From an uncultured delta proteobacterium (GTDB lineage Bacteria > Desulfobacterota > Syntrophobacteria > BM002), in assembly GCA_963712115.1 (NCBI GenBank), contig CAVQGX010000032.1, forward strand, positions 32,001 through 96,000: 64,000 nt of DNA, read 5' to 3'. The stretch's first letter is position 1. The number at the start of each line of letters is the position of its first letter. Shown here in pieces: positions 1 to 8,976 of the stretch. A program made the translations under genes and the position numbers. The notes below the pieces were generated by a model. That model saw only the letters and a program-made list of their open reading frames with translations. It searched no databases and had not been told where the DNA came from.

Positions 1-694
1 CTTCTAGACCTGACAGGACGAAACGGGCAAGATCTCGAGCTATCCTTTTGGGACCTAGGTGTACCCTATAGATTTTGCTTGCATCAAGGTCTATCAGCCA
101 AAGTTGATTTTCCTTTTCATCGACCAAGATATTTGTCCATTTAAGGTCGCCGTGGGTAGCACCACTATCATGCAGCGCCGCAATATAATGCGCCGCAACC
201 CGACTTAAACCCCCTGAATCTAACCTTTCGTTGAGCTGAGCCAGATCCTCTGTGAGCTCGTGGAGACTAGGACAACCTCTCAGGGCCTTGGAAAAGTAGT
301 ATCCGCCCAGGCAAATAGGTCCTTTCTGTTTAAGCAGGTATCCCTCAGGCTCTGGAACAGGAATGGAGTGCTTTAGCAGATGCCAGGAAACCTTCCACAT
401 TACTTGAGCGCGATGTTTGCCAAATAGGTGCTTTAGAGAATGAACTACACCCTTGTAACGAAATTCCTTGCCATAGAGACCCTTTGATACAACATCCCCT
501 GAGACGGGACCGGGGTTCACCAGCGCCGAGCGAGTCGAACTGCTTGATTTGAGCAAAGAACCACTGTGCTGAAAAAGTGAGTCGGGATCCCCGTCATTTT
601 CAAGAAAATGATCGAGGGTTGAACCGACAACGACCATACCCCTAAAAGGACCGAATGAAACCTTCCGCATTGCCACCCGAGGTAGTTCGGTCAT
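1..694 (-). CDS. Lipopolysaccharide kinase (Kdo/WaaP family), runs off the window edge
   Basis: Not in ORF track. Hand translation from ATG at 694 (ATGA overlap with the upstream stop) gives MTELPRVAMRK...LHDSGATHGDLKWTNILVD...LWLIDLD, i.e. kinase HGDLxxxN and DLD motifs. Confidence 0.8.
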   Translation of the reverse strand, partial: MTELPRVAMRKVSFGPFRGMVVVGSTLDHFLENDGDPDSLFQHSGSLLKSSSSTRSALVNPGPVSGDVVSKGLYGKEFRYKGVVHSLKHLFGKHRAQVMWKVSWHLLKHSIPVPEPEGYLLKQKGPICLGGYYFSKALRGCPSLHELTEDLAQLNERLDSGGLSRVAAHYIAALHDSGATHGDLKWTNILVDEKENQLWLIDLDASKIYRVHLGPKRIARDLARFVLSGLE

Positions 695-1479
695 GTGTTT
701 GATTGCCCTGCCCTTTTCTCTTTCTCGGCTTTATCGACCAACCTTTCTGCGGTTCTGCTCTGGACTGTTCGAATCAAAGCCGCCTTCTCTGGAGCATTAA
801 TTCCTCCATATGCCTCGCAATAGGATGCGAGGAATCTTAGCCTATCCTGACGGGTAATACCGGGAGATTGTATCATGTTGATCTGCACCAGGTTTTTTCT
901 TATGAATCTCCGCGGGATCTTCCTAAAAAGACAATTTCTCTCGTTATCGACGAAATAGAAAGTGACATCACCTTCCGATTCGTGTACAAGCATATTGTTT
1001 ACTTGCAGGTCCCCGTGGCAAATACCATTCTTGTGAAGTTCACCTATTACCTTGCCAAATATCTTAATAAATCTTCTCTTTACGACAATCTCCTCTCCTG
1101 ATAGAGATTGTTGCCAGTGTGCGCGAATGTAATCCCCTAAACCCGGTGCATCAATTCCCTCGCTAATCATGAAATGACGGTTCCCCTTTTTTCCCCAGCA
1201 GTAGACGACCGGGCTGTTAAAACCTCTCTGCCTCAGTATATTGCCTTTGATTATAGCCCTCTGGCACCTACTGCCCCTAACGAAGCTCTTGAGTCCCTCA
1301 AGGGAAGACCTCCTCAAGAACTCTTTGTAATAAACAGGCTGCGCCCGCAGCCGCCTGGCCACCACGCTGTTGGCAGAACTAGCAACCCACTCCCAACCTG
1401 ACGGTAATTCTCCATCAAGAAGAACTCTTATCTCCTCCGCATATTGATCTCTCTCAGATCCCCATATCACGAGCTTCAT
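691..1479 (-). CDS. Lipopolysaccharide kinase (Kdo/WaaP/InaA family)
   Basis: LHKNGICHGDLQVNNMLV, FVDNE, NLVQIN and DRLRFL motifs; LPS operon context. Confidence 0.8.
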   Translation of the reverse strand: MKLVIWGSERDQYAEEIRVLLDGELPSGWEWVASSANSVVARRLRAQPVYYKEFLRRSSLEGLKSFVRGSRCQRAIIKGNILRQRGFNSPVVYCWGKKGNRHFMISEGIDAPGLGDYIRAHWQQSLSGEEIVVKRRFIKIFGKVIGELHKNGICHGDLQVNNMLVHESEGDVTFYFVDNERNCLFRKIPRRFIRKNLVQINMIQSPGITRQDRLRFLASYCEAYGGINAPEKAALIRTVQSRTAERLVDKAEKEKRAGQSNT

Positions 1480-1492
1480 ATGTCTCTTTTTT

Positions 1493-2314
1493 TCACTGTT
1501 CCCCGTACATCCTTTGTGTGTGTCGAGCTATTTTGTTACATTTTTTGATAATGAGCCGGATTAGGGTTTTGTCATAGGCCGAAAGTCTGTTTATCTGCAC
1601 ATAACGTTTGTAAAAGGCAAGCCTTTCCCCGTGGGTGAGCGGCACCTCAAGAGACGAGAACAGCAAAGCGGCCAAATCTTTCACCTTCCACCTTTTACCA
1701 ACGTTATTACGGACATCGACCCGATGAAGGTCGATTATATACAGTCTCTCCCTGCTATCGACAAGAATATGACATAGATAAAAATCCCTGTGGTTTAGAC
1801 CGGCACTGTGCATTTTTCGGGTTACATCCGCCAAGTTTTTGAGGATTCTCCTTTTTTTCTCAAGAGCTTTTCCCCGACAGGGTGTAACACCGCATGCCTT
1901 GAGAAAGTCGTCCAGACGACTAGATTCACCCAAATCATCGGTAAGGAGAAATGATTCCCTTTCGATCTTCCATAAAAATGGTTTCCTGCCTGCACAGATG
2001 GGAATCATGGTGGGAATGTTGTGAGCGTGAAAAGCCAACAGCGCCCGCCATTCGTCTAATGCTCCAACAGGAAGTCGAAAACGAAGTAAATTCTTTGTGA
2101 TTTCGCGGATCCCCGGGAAGAAATGCTTTTTGACGTATACCCTATTACCCCCTATATCTAGACGTTGAGTTGACCTCTCTCTTACAGCACTTTTGACCAC
2201 CGTCCCTTCCAAGGTCATAATGTCATCAAAACAAGCCACACCTGAAGCATCAAGAAATTCTAAGAAATCCTTATTGACAAAAAGATCTCCTTTTTGGACC
2301 ACTTGGATTTTCAT
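1493..2314 (-). CDS. waaP: LPS core heptose kinase WaaP/RfaP
   Basis: MHSAGLNHRDFYLCHIL, IIDLHRV and RWKVKDLAAL match WaaP signature motifs. Confidence 0.78.
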   Translation of the reverse strand: MKIQVVQKGDLFVNKDFLEFLDASGVACFDDIMTLEGTVVKSAVRERSTQRLDIGGNRVYVKKHFFPGIREITKNLLRFRLPVGALDEWRALLAFHAHNIPTMIPICAGRKPFLWKIERESFLLTDDLGESSRLDDFLKACGVTPCRGKALEKKRRILKNLADVTRKMHSAGLNHRDFYLCHILVDSRERLYIIDLHRVDVRNNVGKRWKVKDLAALLFSSLEVPLTHGERLAFYKRYVQINRLSAYDKTLIRLIIKKCNKIARHTQRMYGEQ

Positions 2315-2317
2315 TCG

Positions 2318-3448
2318 CTAATTCTTATTCTTGAGTGCTTTCTCGTATACGAGGATGGTATTCTCTGTATTTCTCTTTATGGTCAAAGACGAAACCTGCT
2401 CTTGCGCCACACCGCCCATCGATCTGCTCAGTTGTCGATCTTCAAAAACCTCCAGCCAGGCGGCCAAAGCGGTACTATCCTCTGGGTATTCCATTACAAA
2501 TCCTGATCTGCCAGGCAAAATCAACTCACTGGCTCCAGTTTCTCGCGTTGTAATAACAGGCAGACCACAAGCCATGGCTTCAAGACAAACGTTGCCAAAA
2601 GGCTCATAATAAGATGGCAGCACAAAGACGTCCGACGCCCCGTAGAAGGGTGCCACCTGGTCCTGAAAACCGCAGAAAGTGGTGATCTCCTGCAGTCCAA
2701 ATCCTCGCGCTAATTTCTTGTATCGCGAAATATTACCTTTGCCAATTATTAGCAATCGGTATCTTTCTCTGTATTTAAGCAGTGATATAGCTCGAAGGAG
2801 TGTATCCAAGCCTTTCCGCGCATAGTTCGTTCCGACGAATAAAACAACAATCGACCTCCTGCCAATTCCAAGAGCCGTTCGTAGCTCTGTACCGTCATTT
2901 CGAACTGAGCTATTGAAAATGTCAAAGTCAACCCCGCAGTAGACTACGTCAACGAGCTCAGGGGGAACATTGTAATAATTGATCGCGTGTTGTTTACAAA
3001 GGTCTGAGTTGGCAATAATTCTTCTATAATTTCCAGGAGAGAATATCTTCTTTTCTATGTGGAGTATTACGCGATGCCTGAGAGAAATTTTGTTCCAAAG
3101 TTGACTGAAAATCGTAGAAGGGCGAACACTTAGCCAGTGCTTGTGGATTCCATCGCCCAAGCGGTAAATGTCCTGAGGATATGTTTGCGAAAGACCATTT
3201 ACGATGTCAAAATCGTTCCCGCTCAAGGCAAGTCGAACGTTTTTGGCGAATATCCAGTTCTTTAGAGGAGAGAATTTTACCGGCACCTCTACAGTATGAA
3301 AAAAAATCCCTTCCAGTGGTTGGTAACGGTGGGCAAGAACATGGACTTCATGGCCAAAATCTCTTAAAGACTTGGCCAAGTCCACCGCATACCTTTCTCC
3401 ACCACCCTCCAGTGGTAAAAAATCTTTGCGGACAAGCGCGACTTTCAC
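2318..3448 (-). CDS. Glycosyltransferase family 4 (WaaG-like LPS core glucosyltransferase)
   Basis: GGGERY N-terminus, DIYRLGDGIH, PSYYEPFGNVCLEAMACGLPVI (GT4 EX7E motif). Confidence 0.88.
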   Translation of the reverse strand: MKVALVRKDFLPLEGGGERYAVDLAKSLRDFGHEVHVLAHRYQPLEGIFFHTVEVPVKFSPLKNWIFAKNVRLALSGNDFDIVNGLSQTYPQDIYRLGDGIHKHWLSVRPSTIFSQLWNKISLRHRVILHIEKKIFSPGNYRRIIANSDLCKQHAINYYNVPPELVDVVYCGVDFDIFNSSVRNDGTELRTALGIGRRSIVVLFVGTNYARKGLDTLLRAISLLKYRERYRLLIIGKGNISRYKKLARGFGLQEITTFCGFQDQVAPFYGASDVFVLPSYYEPFGNVCLEAMACGLPVITTRETGASELILPGRSGFVMEYPEDSTALAAWLEVFEDRQLSRSMGGVAQEQVSSLTIKRNTENTILVYEKALKNKN

Positions 3449-3527
3449 CGGATCACAATACTCATTTAGGTTCGATAATTGTCGTCATACTTGCTGCCAG
3501 CTCTTATTCTAAAAGCTACTAGTTAAA

Positions 3528-3698
3528 CTAGGACAGAGGCTTAGCCTCATCGATCAGCATGATGGGAATATCATCCTTAATCTCGTAGAGAAGTTTGCAT
3601 TGATCACAGATCAAACCATCCTCAGAGTCATTTAAATAAATTTCTCCCTTGCATTTTGGACAGGCCAGAATGTCCAACAACTCCTTACTAATTGCCAT
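3528..3698 (-). CDS. Trm112/YcaR-family small zinc-binding protein (56 aa)
   Basis: Below the ORF-track cutoff. Translates to MAISKELLDILACPKCKGEIYLNDSEDGLICDQCKLLYEIKDDIPIMLIDEAKPLS, with an AAGGAG RBS upstream. Confidence 0.9.
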   Translation of the reverse strand: MAISKELLDILACPKCKGEIYLNDSEDGLICDQCKLLYEIKDDIPIMLIDEAKPLS

Positions 3699-3701
3699 TT
3701 T

Positions 3702-4748
3702 CTACTCCTTATCCAATTGTTCAACTACAGCTCGAAAGACGTCATCAACCTCAATTGCTGTCATGCATTCCACCGTCTCGCAGTTCCTTTGGAAACAGGG
3801 GCTGCAATCTCGTTCCATCCGCAACACCCGATGCCTATGCCCATAGGGGCCGGTGCGCCAAGGCGCAGTAGGACCGAAAAGCGCCACCACCGGTGTACCG
3901 AGAACGGCGGCCAGGTGCATGGGTCCACTGTCGGTTGAGATAACCACAGCAGCCCTTTTACAAAGATAAGCCAGTTCCCTCAGATTAGTTGTGCCAGCCC
4001 AATTATATATTCCACTGCCACCGGCTTCGTGCAGGGCAGCCGCAATCCCTTCTCGGTCCTCAGCACTGCCGGTGAAGACAACGGTGGCCTGCAGACGTTC
4101 TACCATTTCAGCAGCCAGTCTGGCAAATTTGACTTCTGGCCAGAGTTTTGTCTGCCACCTGCTCATGGGGTGGCATAAAACCAGGGGACTTTCACCGTTT
4201 CGAGTTACTTGACTTAGCCTATTATTGAACTGGTGTTCCTCAGCCGGGGTCCATGGATCATGAATTAGGACTTCTTCAACCTCCGCTCCCAGATATCGCG
4301 CCACGTCCAAGTACCTATTCAAAGCGTGCATATCTGGATCATATGGCGGCAGTCTCTCGTTGAGAAATCTCCAGCTTCCCTCCCGAGTGCCATCAAAGCC
4401 GATCTTGCGGCCTCCCCGAGCAAGACCCACCCAGATTGCGCTCTTTAAGAGTCCCTGAAAGTCAATGATCAGATCGTAGTAACGGCTCCGCAAACGTCTG
4501 GAGAATTTAATAATCTCCAAGGATACGACTGGCCACAATTCTGGTTGCCTTAACTTTTCTAGCCAGGACTTGCGTTGACAGACGTAAACCTCATCAAGTC
4601 CTGGATAGTATTCGAGTAGCTCAGCTACCCCCTCTTCTACGAGCCAGGAAATGTGAGCCGCGGGATAGTGGCTTCGCAGTGCCTCAAAGGCCGGTATTGT
4701 CTGTACAACATCCCCTAAGGCACTTAATTTGACAATAAGGATATTCAT
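3702..4748 (-). CDS. waaC: LPS heptosyltransferase (GT9), WaaC-like
   Basis: Start moved to MNILIVKLSALGDVV; DFQGLLKSA and DSGPMHLAAVLGTPVVALFGPT motifs. Confidence 0.82.
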   Translation of the reverse strand: MNILIVKLSALGDVVQTIPAFEALRSHYPAAHISWLVEEGVAELLEYYPGLDEVYVCQRKSWLEKLRQPELWPVVSLEIIKFSRRLRSRYYDLIIDFQGLLKSAIWVGLARGGRKIGFDGTREGSWRFLNERLPPYDPDMHALNRYLDVARYLGAEVEEVLIHDPWTPAEEHQFNNRLSQVTRNGESPLVLCHPMSRWQTKLWPEVKFARLAAEMVERLQATVVFTGSAEDREGIAAALHEAGGSGIYNWAGTTNLRELAYLCKRAAVVISTDSGPMHLAAVLGTPVVALFGPTAPWRTGPYGHRHRVLRMERDCSPCFQRNCETVECMTAIEVDDVFRAVVEQLDKE

Positions 4749-4813
4749 TTGACCACAAAGATCACAAAGACAATAACGCAGAGCCCATGGCGCCAATTCG
4801 TCAAATCGTCGAT

Positions 4814-4890
4814 TTATGAGTTATGGGCCATAGGTAATGGGTTATGGGATGTCTCCCACCTATAATCCATTACCCATGACCTATTTCCTT
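4814..4890. repeat. Heptamer-based palindromic intergenic element (GTTATGG/CCATAAC family), copy 1
   Basis: Closely matches the reverse complement of 56074-56151; internal inverted arms. Confidence 0.8.
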
Positions 4891-4919
4891 TCGTGACGCT
4901 ATGCGCTTTGCTTCGATTG

Positions 4920-5525
4920 TTACCGTGGTTTCTTCGGTGCCTTCGCTTTCTCGGTTTGACCTTTTACATCAGCCAATATCCAGTCTACGGCCTCTCCGAG
5001 GTCCTCCGCGACAAAATGCGCCTGCACCTTGCTGCGAGGTCCTAGGAATTCAAGCTCTCCTTTTCCATAACCTGTTAGCACCAATATCGCCTTAGCCTTG
5101 GCTTTGTGAGCCATTTCAACATCCTTGAACCGATCCCCTACTACGTAGGACCTTTGAAGGTCTAGCTTCAACTCCTCAGCAGCCTGCTCCATGAGGCCGA
5201 TTCCCGGTTTTCGGCAGTCGCAGCTTCCTGATTCCTCCTCGGCTGCCGGAGCGTGGGTACAGGTGTAGATACCGTCTAGAAAAGCACCCTCTTCTTTCAG
5301 TAAATCAACCATCTTTTGATGGACCAGATCTATCAGTTCTGCCGGGAAATATCCCCGTGCTGCGCCTGACTGATTGGTAACCACCACTGCTTTCAGACCA
5401 CTCTGGTTAATCCTTCGTATTGCTGCGGCCGCGCCGGGCAGTAAGACAAAGCGATCAATGTGATTAATATACCCCATCTCCTCGTTGATGGTACCATCAC
5501 GGTCCAAAAACACCGCTACCTGCAT
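4920..5525 (-). CDS. gmhB: D-glycero-D-manno-heptose-1,7-bisphosphate phosphatase
   Basis: VFLDRDGTIN, VVVTNQSG, CxH...CDCRKPG and VGDR motifs. Start moved to ATG 5525 (AGGAG RBS); the longer ORF runs into a repeat. Confidence 0.93.
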   Translation of the reverse strand: MQVAVFLDRDGTINEEMGYINHIDRFVLLPGAAAAIRRINQSGLKAVVVTNQSGAARGYFPAELIDLVHQKMVDLLKEEGAFLDGIYTCTHAPAAEEESGSCDCRKPGIGLMEQAAEELKLDLQRSYVVGDRFKDVEMAHKAKAKAILVLTGYGKGELEFLGPRSKVQAHFVAEDLGEAVDWILADVKGQTEKAKAPKKPR

Positions 5526-5544
5526 GATCACTCCTATTGTATTG

Positions 5545-5688
5545 AACCACAGAGATCGCGTAGGGAACATCGAGATATTTGAGATTTCAGATTGTAGAGT
5601 CACTAAATCAGGAACTAGAGAACTTCGCAATCTACAATCAACAATCTAAAATTCCAACTCTTTGTGCCCTTCGTGTTCTTCGTGGTTA
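5545..5688. repeat. Composite palindromic element (AACCACAGAG...GTGGTT outer arms plus GAGATTT/CAATCT inner module), empty allele
   Basis: Homologous to 24010-24207 and to the reverse complement of 39611-39774; single GCAATC at 5627-5632. Confidence 0.8.
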
Positions 5689-6741
5689 ACCCTCCAGTAG
5701 TTTTTCGGCTGCAGCGTGGACTTCATCCACGGTGATTGCCTTCATACACTCCAGATTCTCTTGACATTCACTTTTGAAACAGGGGGTGCACTTTACCCTT
5801 GATGGATGAATAACCACGGCTTTGTCATTCAGCGGAGCGGTTTTTTCAGGGTCAGTTGAGCCGAACAAAGCAACTTGGGGAATTCCCAGAGCGGCGGCCG
5901 CGTGCATAAGCCCGGAGTCATTGCTTAAAAAAAGACCACACCGGCTAATGAGCACTAGAGCCTCGCCAATCGTAGTCTTTCCTACAGTGTTTATCGGGTG
6001 GTGGGCCGTGATGGTGCTAACTCTCTCTGCAAGTGGTTCCTCACCAGGTCCACCCAAAAGGATGAACTTTCTCCCCGCTTTCTGCAACAGGTCCATTACT
6101 CGAGCAAAACGCTCGGGAAACCACCTTTTCGTTTCTCCATAAGCTGCTCCAGGATGTACACCAATCAGAAGCTCACTCCTGTCAATTCCCAGGACATCCA
6201 ACAAAGCCAACCCTCTCTCAGTGACCTCCGGCTTCAGCTTTAGACGGGGAATGCGATCCACCCGGTAAGCCCCAAAATTGCGGAGCAGACCAAGGTAATA
6301 ATCCACTTGATGAAGACCACGTTCCTTCCGCCTGTCCTCAAGCCTCTGAGTAAGAAGCCAGCCACGTCCATCGGTCGAGTAGCCCACCCGCTGTGGAACT
6401 CCTGCTAGCCTTGCCATAATAGCAGAACTTAGAGAGTTTGGCAGGAGAAGAGCCAGCTCAAACCCTTCTCTCCTCAAACTTCGGCCTAAACCCATTAAAT
6501 TTCTTAGTCTTTGGGGTCCATTTCCTCTTTCATACTCCAAAACACGTACTTCTGGTGCGCGGGCCTCAAACAGCTTTGCCACCTGGGCTCTAGCCAGCAC
6601 CGTTAGGTTTGCTCTCGGCCACAACTGCAAGCAAGCATCCAGCACCGGCAGAGAAAGCACTGCATCTCCGATCCAGTTGGGAGCGAGAACGACAATTTTT
6701 AACTCTTTTGAGTTTTTGTCCGGCACTGTGCTCATCGCCAC
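5686..6741 (-). CDS. waaF: LPS heptosyltransferase II
   Basis: APNWIGDAV, HPGAAYGETKRW and NDSGLMHAAAALG motifs. Confidence 0.92.
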   Translation of the reverse strand: MAMSTVPDKNSKELKIVVLAPNWIGDAVLSLPVLDACLQLWPRANLTVLARAQVAKLFEARAPEVRVLEYERGNGPQRLRNLMGLGRSLRREGFELALLLPNSLSSAIMARLAGVPQRVGYSTDGRGWLLTQRLEDRRKERGLHQVDYYLGLLRNFGAYRVDRIPRLKLKPEVTERGLALLDVLGIDRSELLIGVHPGAAYGETKRWFPERFARVMDLLQKAGRKFILLGGPGEEPLAERVSTITAHHPINTVGKTTIGEALVLISRCGLFLSNDSGLMHAAAALGIPQVALFGSTDPEKTAPLNDKAVVIHPSRVKCTPCFKSECQENLECMKAITVDEVHAAAEKLLEG

Positions 6742-6760
6742 AATTAGCCTTGCTTATACA

Positions 6761-7663
6761 TTACAACTCTCTGGGCCATGGTTGGTAAGGTCTGGTTTTC
6801 CACCGCTGATGCACCCAAAACCACTGTTCAGGATAGCGACGGACGTAAGTCTCAATAATTTTGTTGAATTTTGCCGTATTTTCTTCAACGTCCCGGGTGG
6901 TATCACCACTTCTACCCAAGACAATTTCCGGCTCGCAAAAAACCCGATAAGAGCCGTCAGGCTGTCTCACGTTGAAAGCAGGAATCACTGGGGCACCCGT
7001 TCTCAGAGCAATAGTACTCAGCGCTTTGTTGGTACACGCTATCTCGTTGAAAAAGGGAACAAATACTCCTTCGTACCAAGCAGGGTTCTGGTCAAGCAAC
7101 AGAGCCACTGCATCTCCGGCCGCAAGCAAACGCAACATCTTTCGCACCGAGCCTTTTTTGGGGATCAGCTGATTGCCACCCCTGGTACGTATTTTGGTAA
7201 TCAGATTGTCCAAAAAAGGGTTGTCCAAAGGGCGAACCACAATGTTTATCGGACGGTAGCGTAGGGAAAAGGCCAATGCCATCAACTCCCAGTTGCCAAA
7301 ATGAGAGGCCAGAAGCAAAACTCCTCTTCCTTTCTTCAATGCATCTTTGAAATGCTCAATACCATGGAAGGCCACAAACCCATCTAAGTCATCAGGGGTC
7401 AGCTTGCGAAGATAAGGTAATTCGAGAAGGACCTGGGTGAGGTGAATGAAGTTGCTGCGGGCGATGGTTCTTCTTTCATTTTCACTCAGTTTATCTCCCC
7501 AGGCAATCTTGAGATTACTCAAGGCGATTTGCCGGTGTCTGCTATCAACTTGAAACCAAATTCGTCCGAGAAAGTCCGCAAGTTTCCAGCTGAACCTCAG
7601 GGGCAAGGTGGCAGCCATATCCATAAAGACTTCGGCCATCTGCTGTACGGCACCTGGTCTCAC
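6761..7663 (-). CDS. lpxL: Lipid A late acyltransferase (LpxL/HtrB family)
   Basis: SHFGNWE (HxxxxE), LLDQN, VPFF and PEQWFWVHQRWK motifs. Confidence 0.88.
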   Translation of the reverse strand: MRPGAVQQMAEVFMDMAATLPLRFSWKLADFLGRIWFQVDSRHRQIALSNLKIAWGDKLSENERRTIARSNFIHLTQVLLELPYLRKLTPDDLDGFVAFHGIEHFKDALKKGRGVLLLASHFGNWELMALAFSLRYRPINIVVRPLDNPFLDNLITKIRTRGGNQLIPKKGSVRKMLRLLAAGDAVALLLDQNPAWYEGVFVPFFNEIACTNKALSTIALRTGAPVIPAFNVRQPDGSYRVFCEPEIVLGRSGDTTRDVEENTAKFNKIIETYVRRYPEQWFWVHQRWKTRPYQPWPREL

Positions 7664-8728
7664 CCTTCGGAGTCCTCCGAGCCTACGCTGACAGCCTTAA
7701 GCACCCTTCGCACCGCCCCAATCAGCTGCGCGCCATCTCTGTCCAAGTCTATTTCCATTGCCATCACCCAAAGCTCCATGCCCTGGGGAATTATCTGTGG
7801 TAGTCTCACCCAGTCCTTTTCAGTGGTTAGCCAGAGCTCCGGCTTGAACCTCGACGCCTCCCGCGCTAATGAGCCCAAGAGTTCAGATGTTAGAGGGTAA
7901 TGATCCGGGAGTGATGCAGTGTATACCAGCCTGGCGCCCAAACTGCGCACACTTTTGAAAAAATCATCAGGCCGGGCGATCCCGGCAAAAGCGGCCAGCC
8001 GCGACTCCATCAGAGAGCTTAGTGACCGCTCCATGTGGTCAGCGGCAGAGAAAATGCGAGTCGGTCGGTGGGTCGAAGTTACAATTGTCTTGTCTGGCCA
8101 TTGCCTTCGCAGTTTTGCGCAATTTTTCTCTGCACCTTCACTCCCGCCAAAGCGACTAAGTACCAAAACCTGAGCCCGGGCCAAAGCTGCAGCCCTTTTC
8201 TCGCATTGTACCCCGCGGAAATACCCAACCACTGCCGAAGGGATTTCGAGAATCCAACATCACTACGTCCAAGTCCCTGGCAAGATATCTGTGCTGAAAA
8301 CCATCGTCCAAAATCAGGGCGTTACAGTTAAATTTCTCTATGGCGGCTTTCCCGGCCTTTACCCTCTTGGTACTGCAAAGCACTGGAATACCGGAGAGTC
8401 GCCTGGCCAGCATTTGCGGTTCATCGCCAGAAATCGTCTGGTCCGCGAGGATATTTTCGCCGTCGCTGACAACAACAACCCGCCCAGATTCTACCCCGCC
8501 ATAACCCCTGCTCACTATGCCAACCCGGTAACCTTCTTTAGAAAGTAAATTTGCCAACCAGAGCACCATGGGTGTCTTGCCAGTGCCACCCATGGCAAGG
8601 TTTCCCACGCTTATAACAGGGCAGTTCAATCTGTGGATTCTGAGTACTTCATGATCAAAAAGAAGATTGCGCAAGACTACCACTTTATCATAAAGCCAGG
8701 CAGCTAAGGTTGCTAAGGCTCTTAACAA
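7660..8728 (-). pseudogene. lpxK: Tetraacyldisaccharide 4'-kinase split by a +1 frameshift (may be a sequencing error)
   Basis: ORF 8156-8728 has SVGNLAMGGTGKTP, SRGYG, GDEP and LDDGFQH; ORF 7660-8232 has AFAGIARP, LPDHY and TTEKDWVRL. The frames join at minus-strand GAAAAGGG (8193-8200). Confidence 0.85.
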
Positions 8729-8976
8729 AGTAACCCATACTGACCGTCTCTCCTTTTCTATAATTAGTCTGAAGATCTTCTCCTGAAGTCCTCCGTACCT
8801 AACCTGATAATGGTCCGCAGGAGTATCTCTTGATTTGCTGGTCTCTTACCACCATTCAGCTCGAGGACTTTGAATAAGCCTGGCGTCAATGGACTTAGGA
8901 GTCTTATCTTCGTCGTTAGTCAAATTGTTAAATGGTCAATTGGGCAATTCCAAACCATTGCACCAAATTCAGGATT

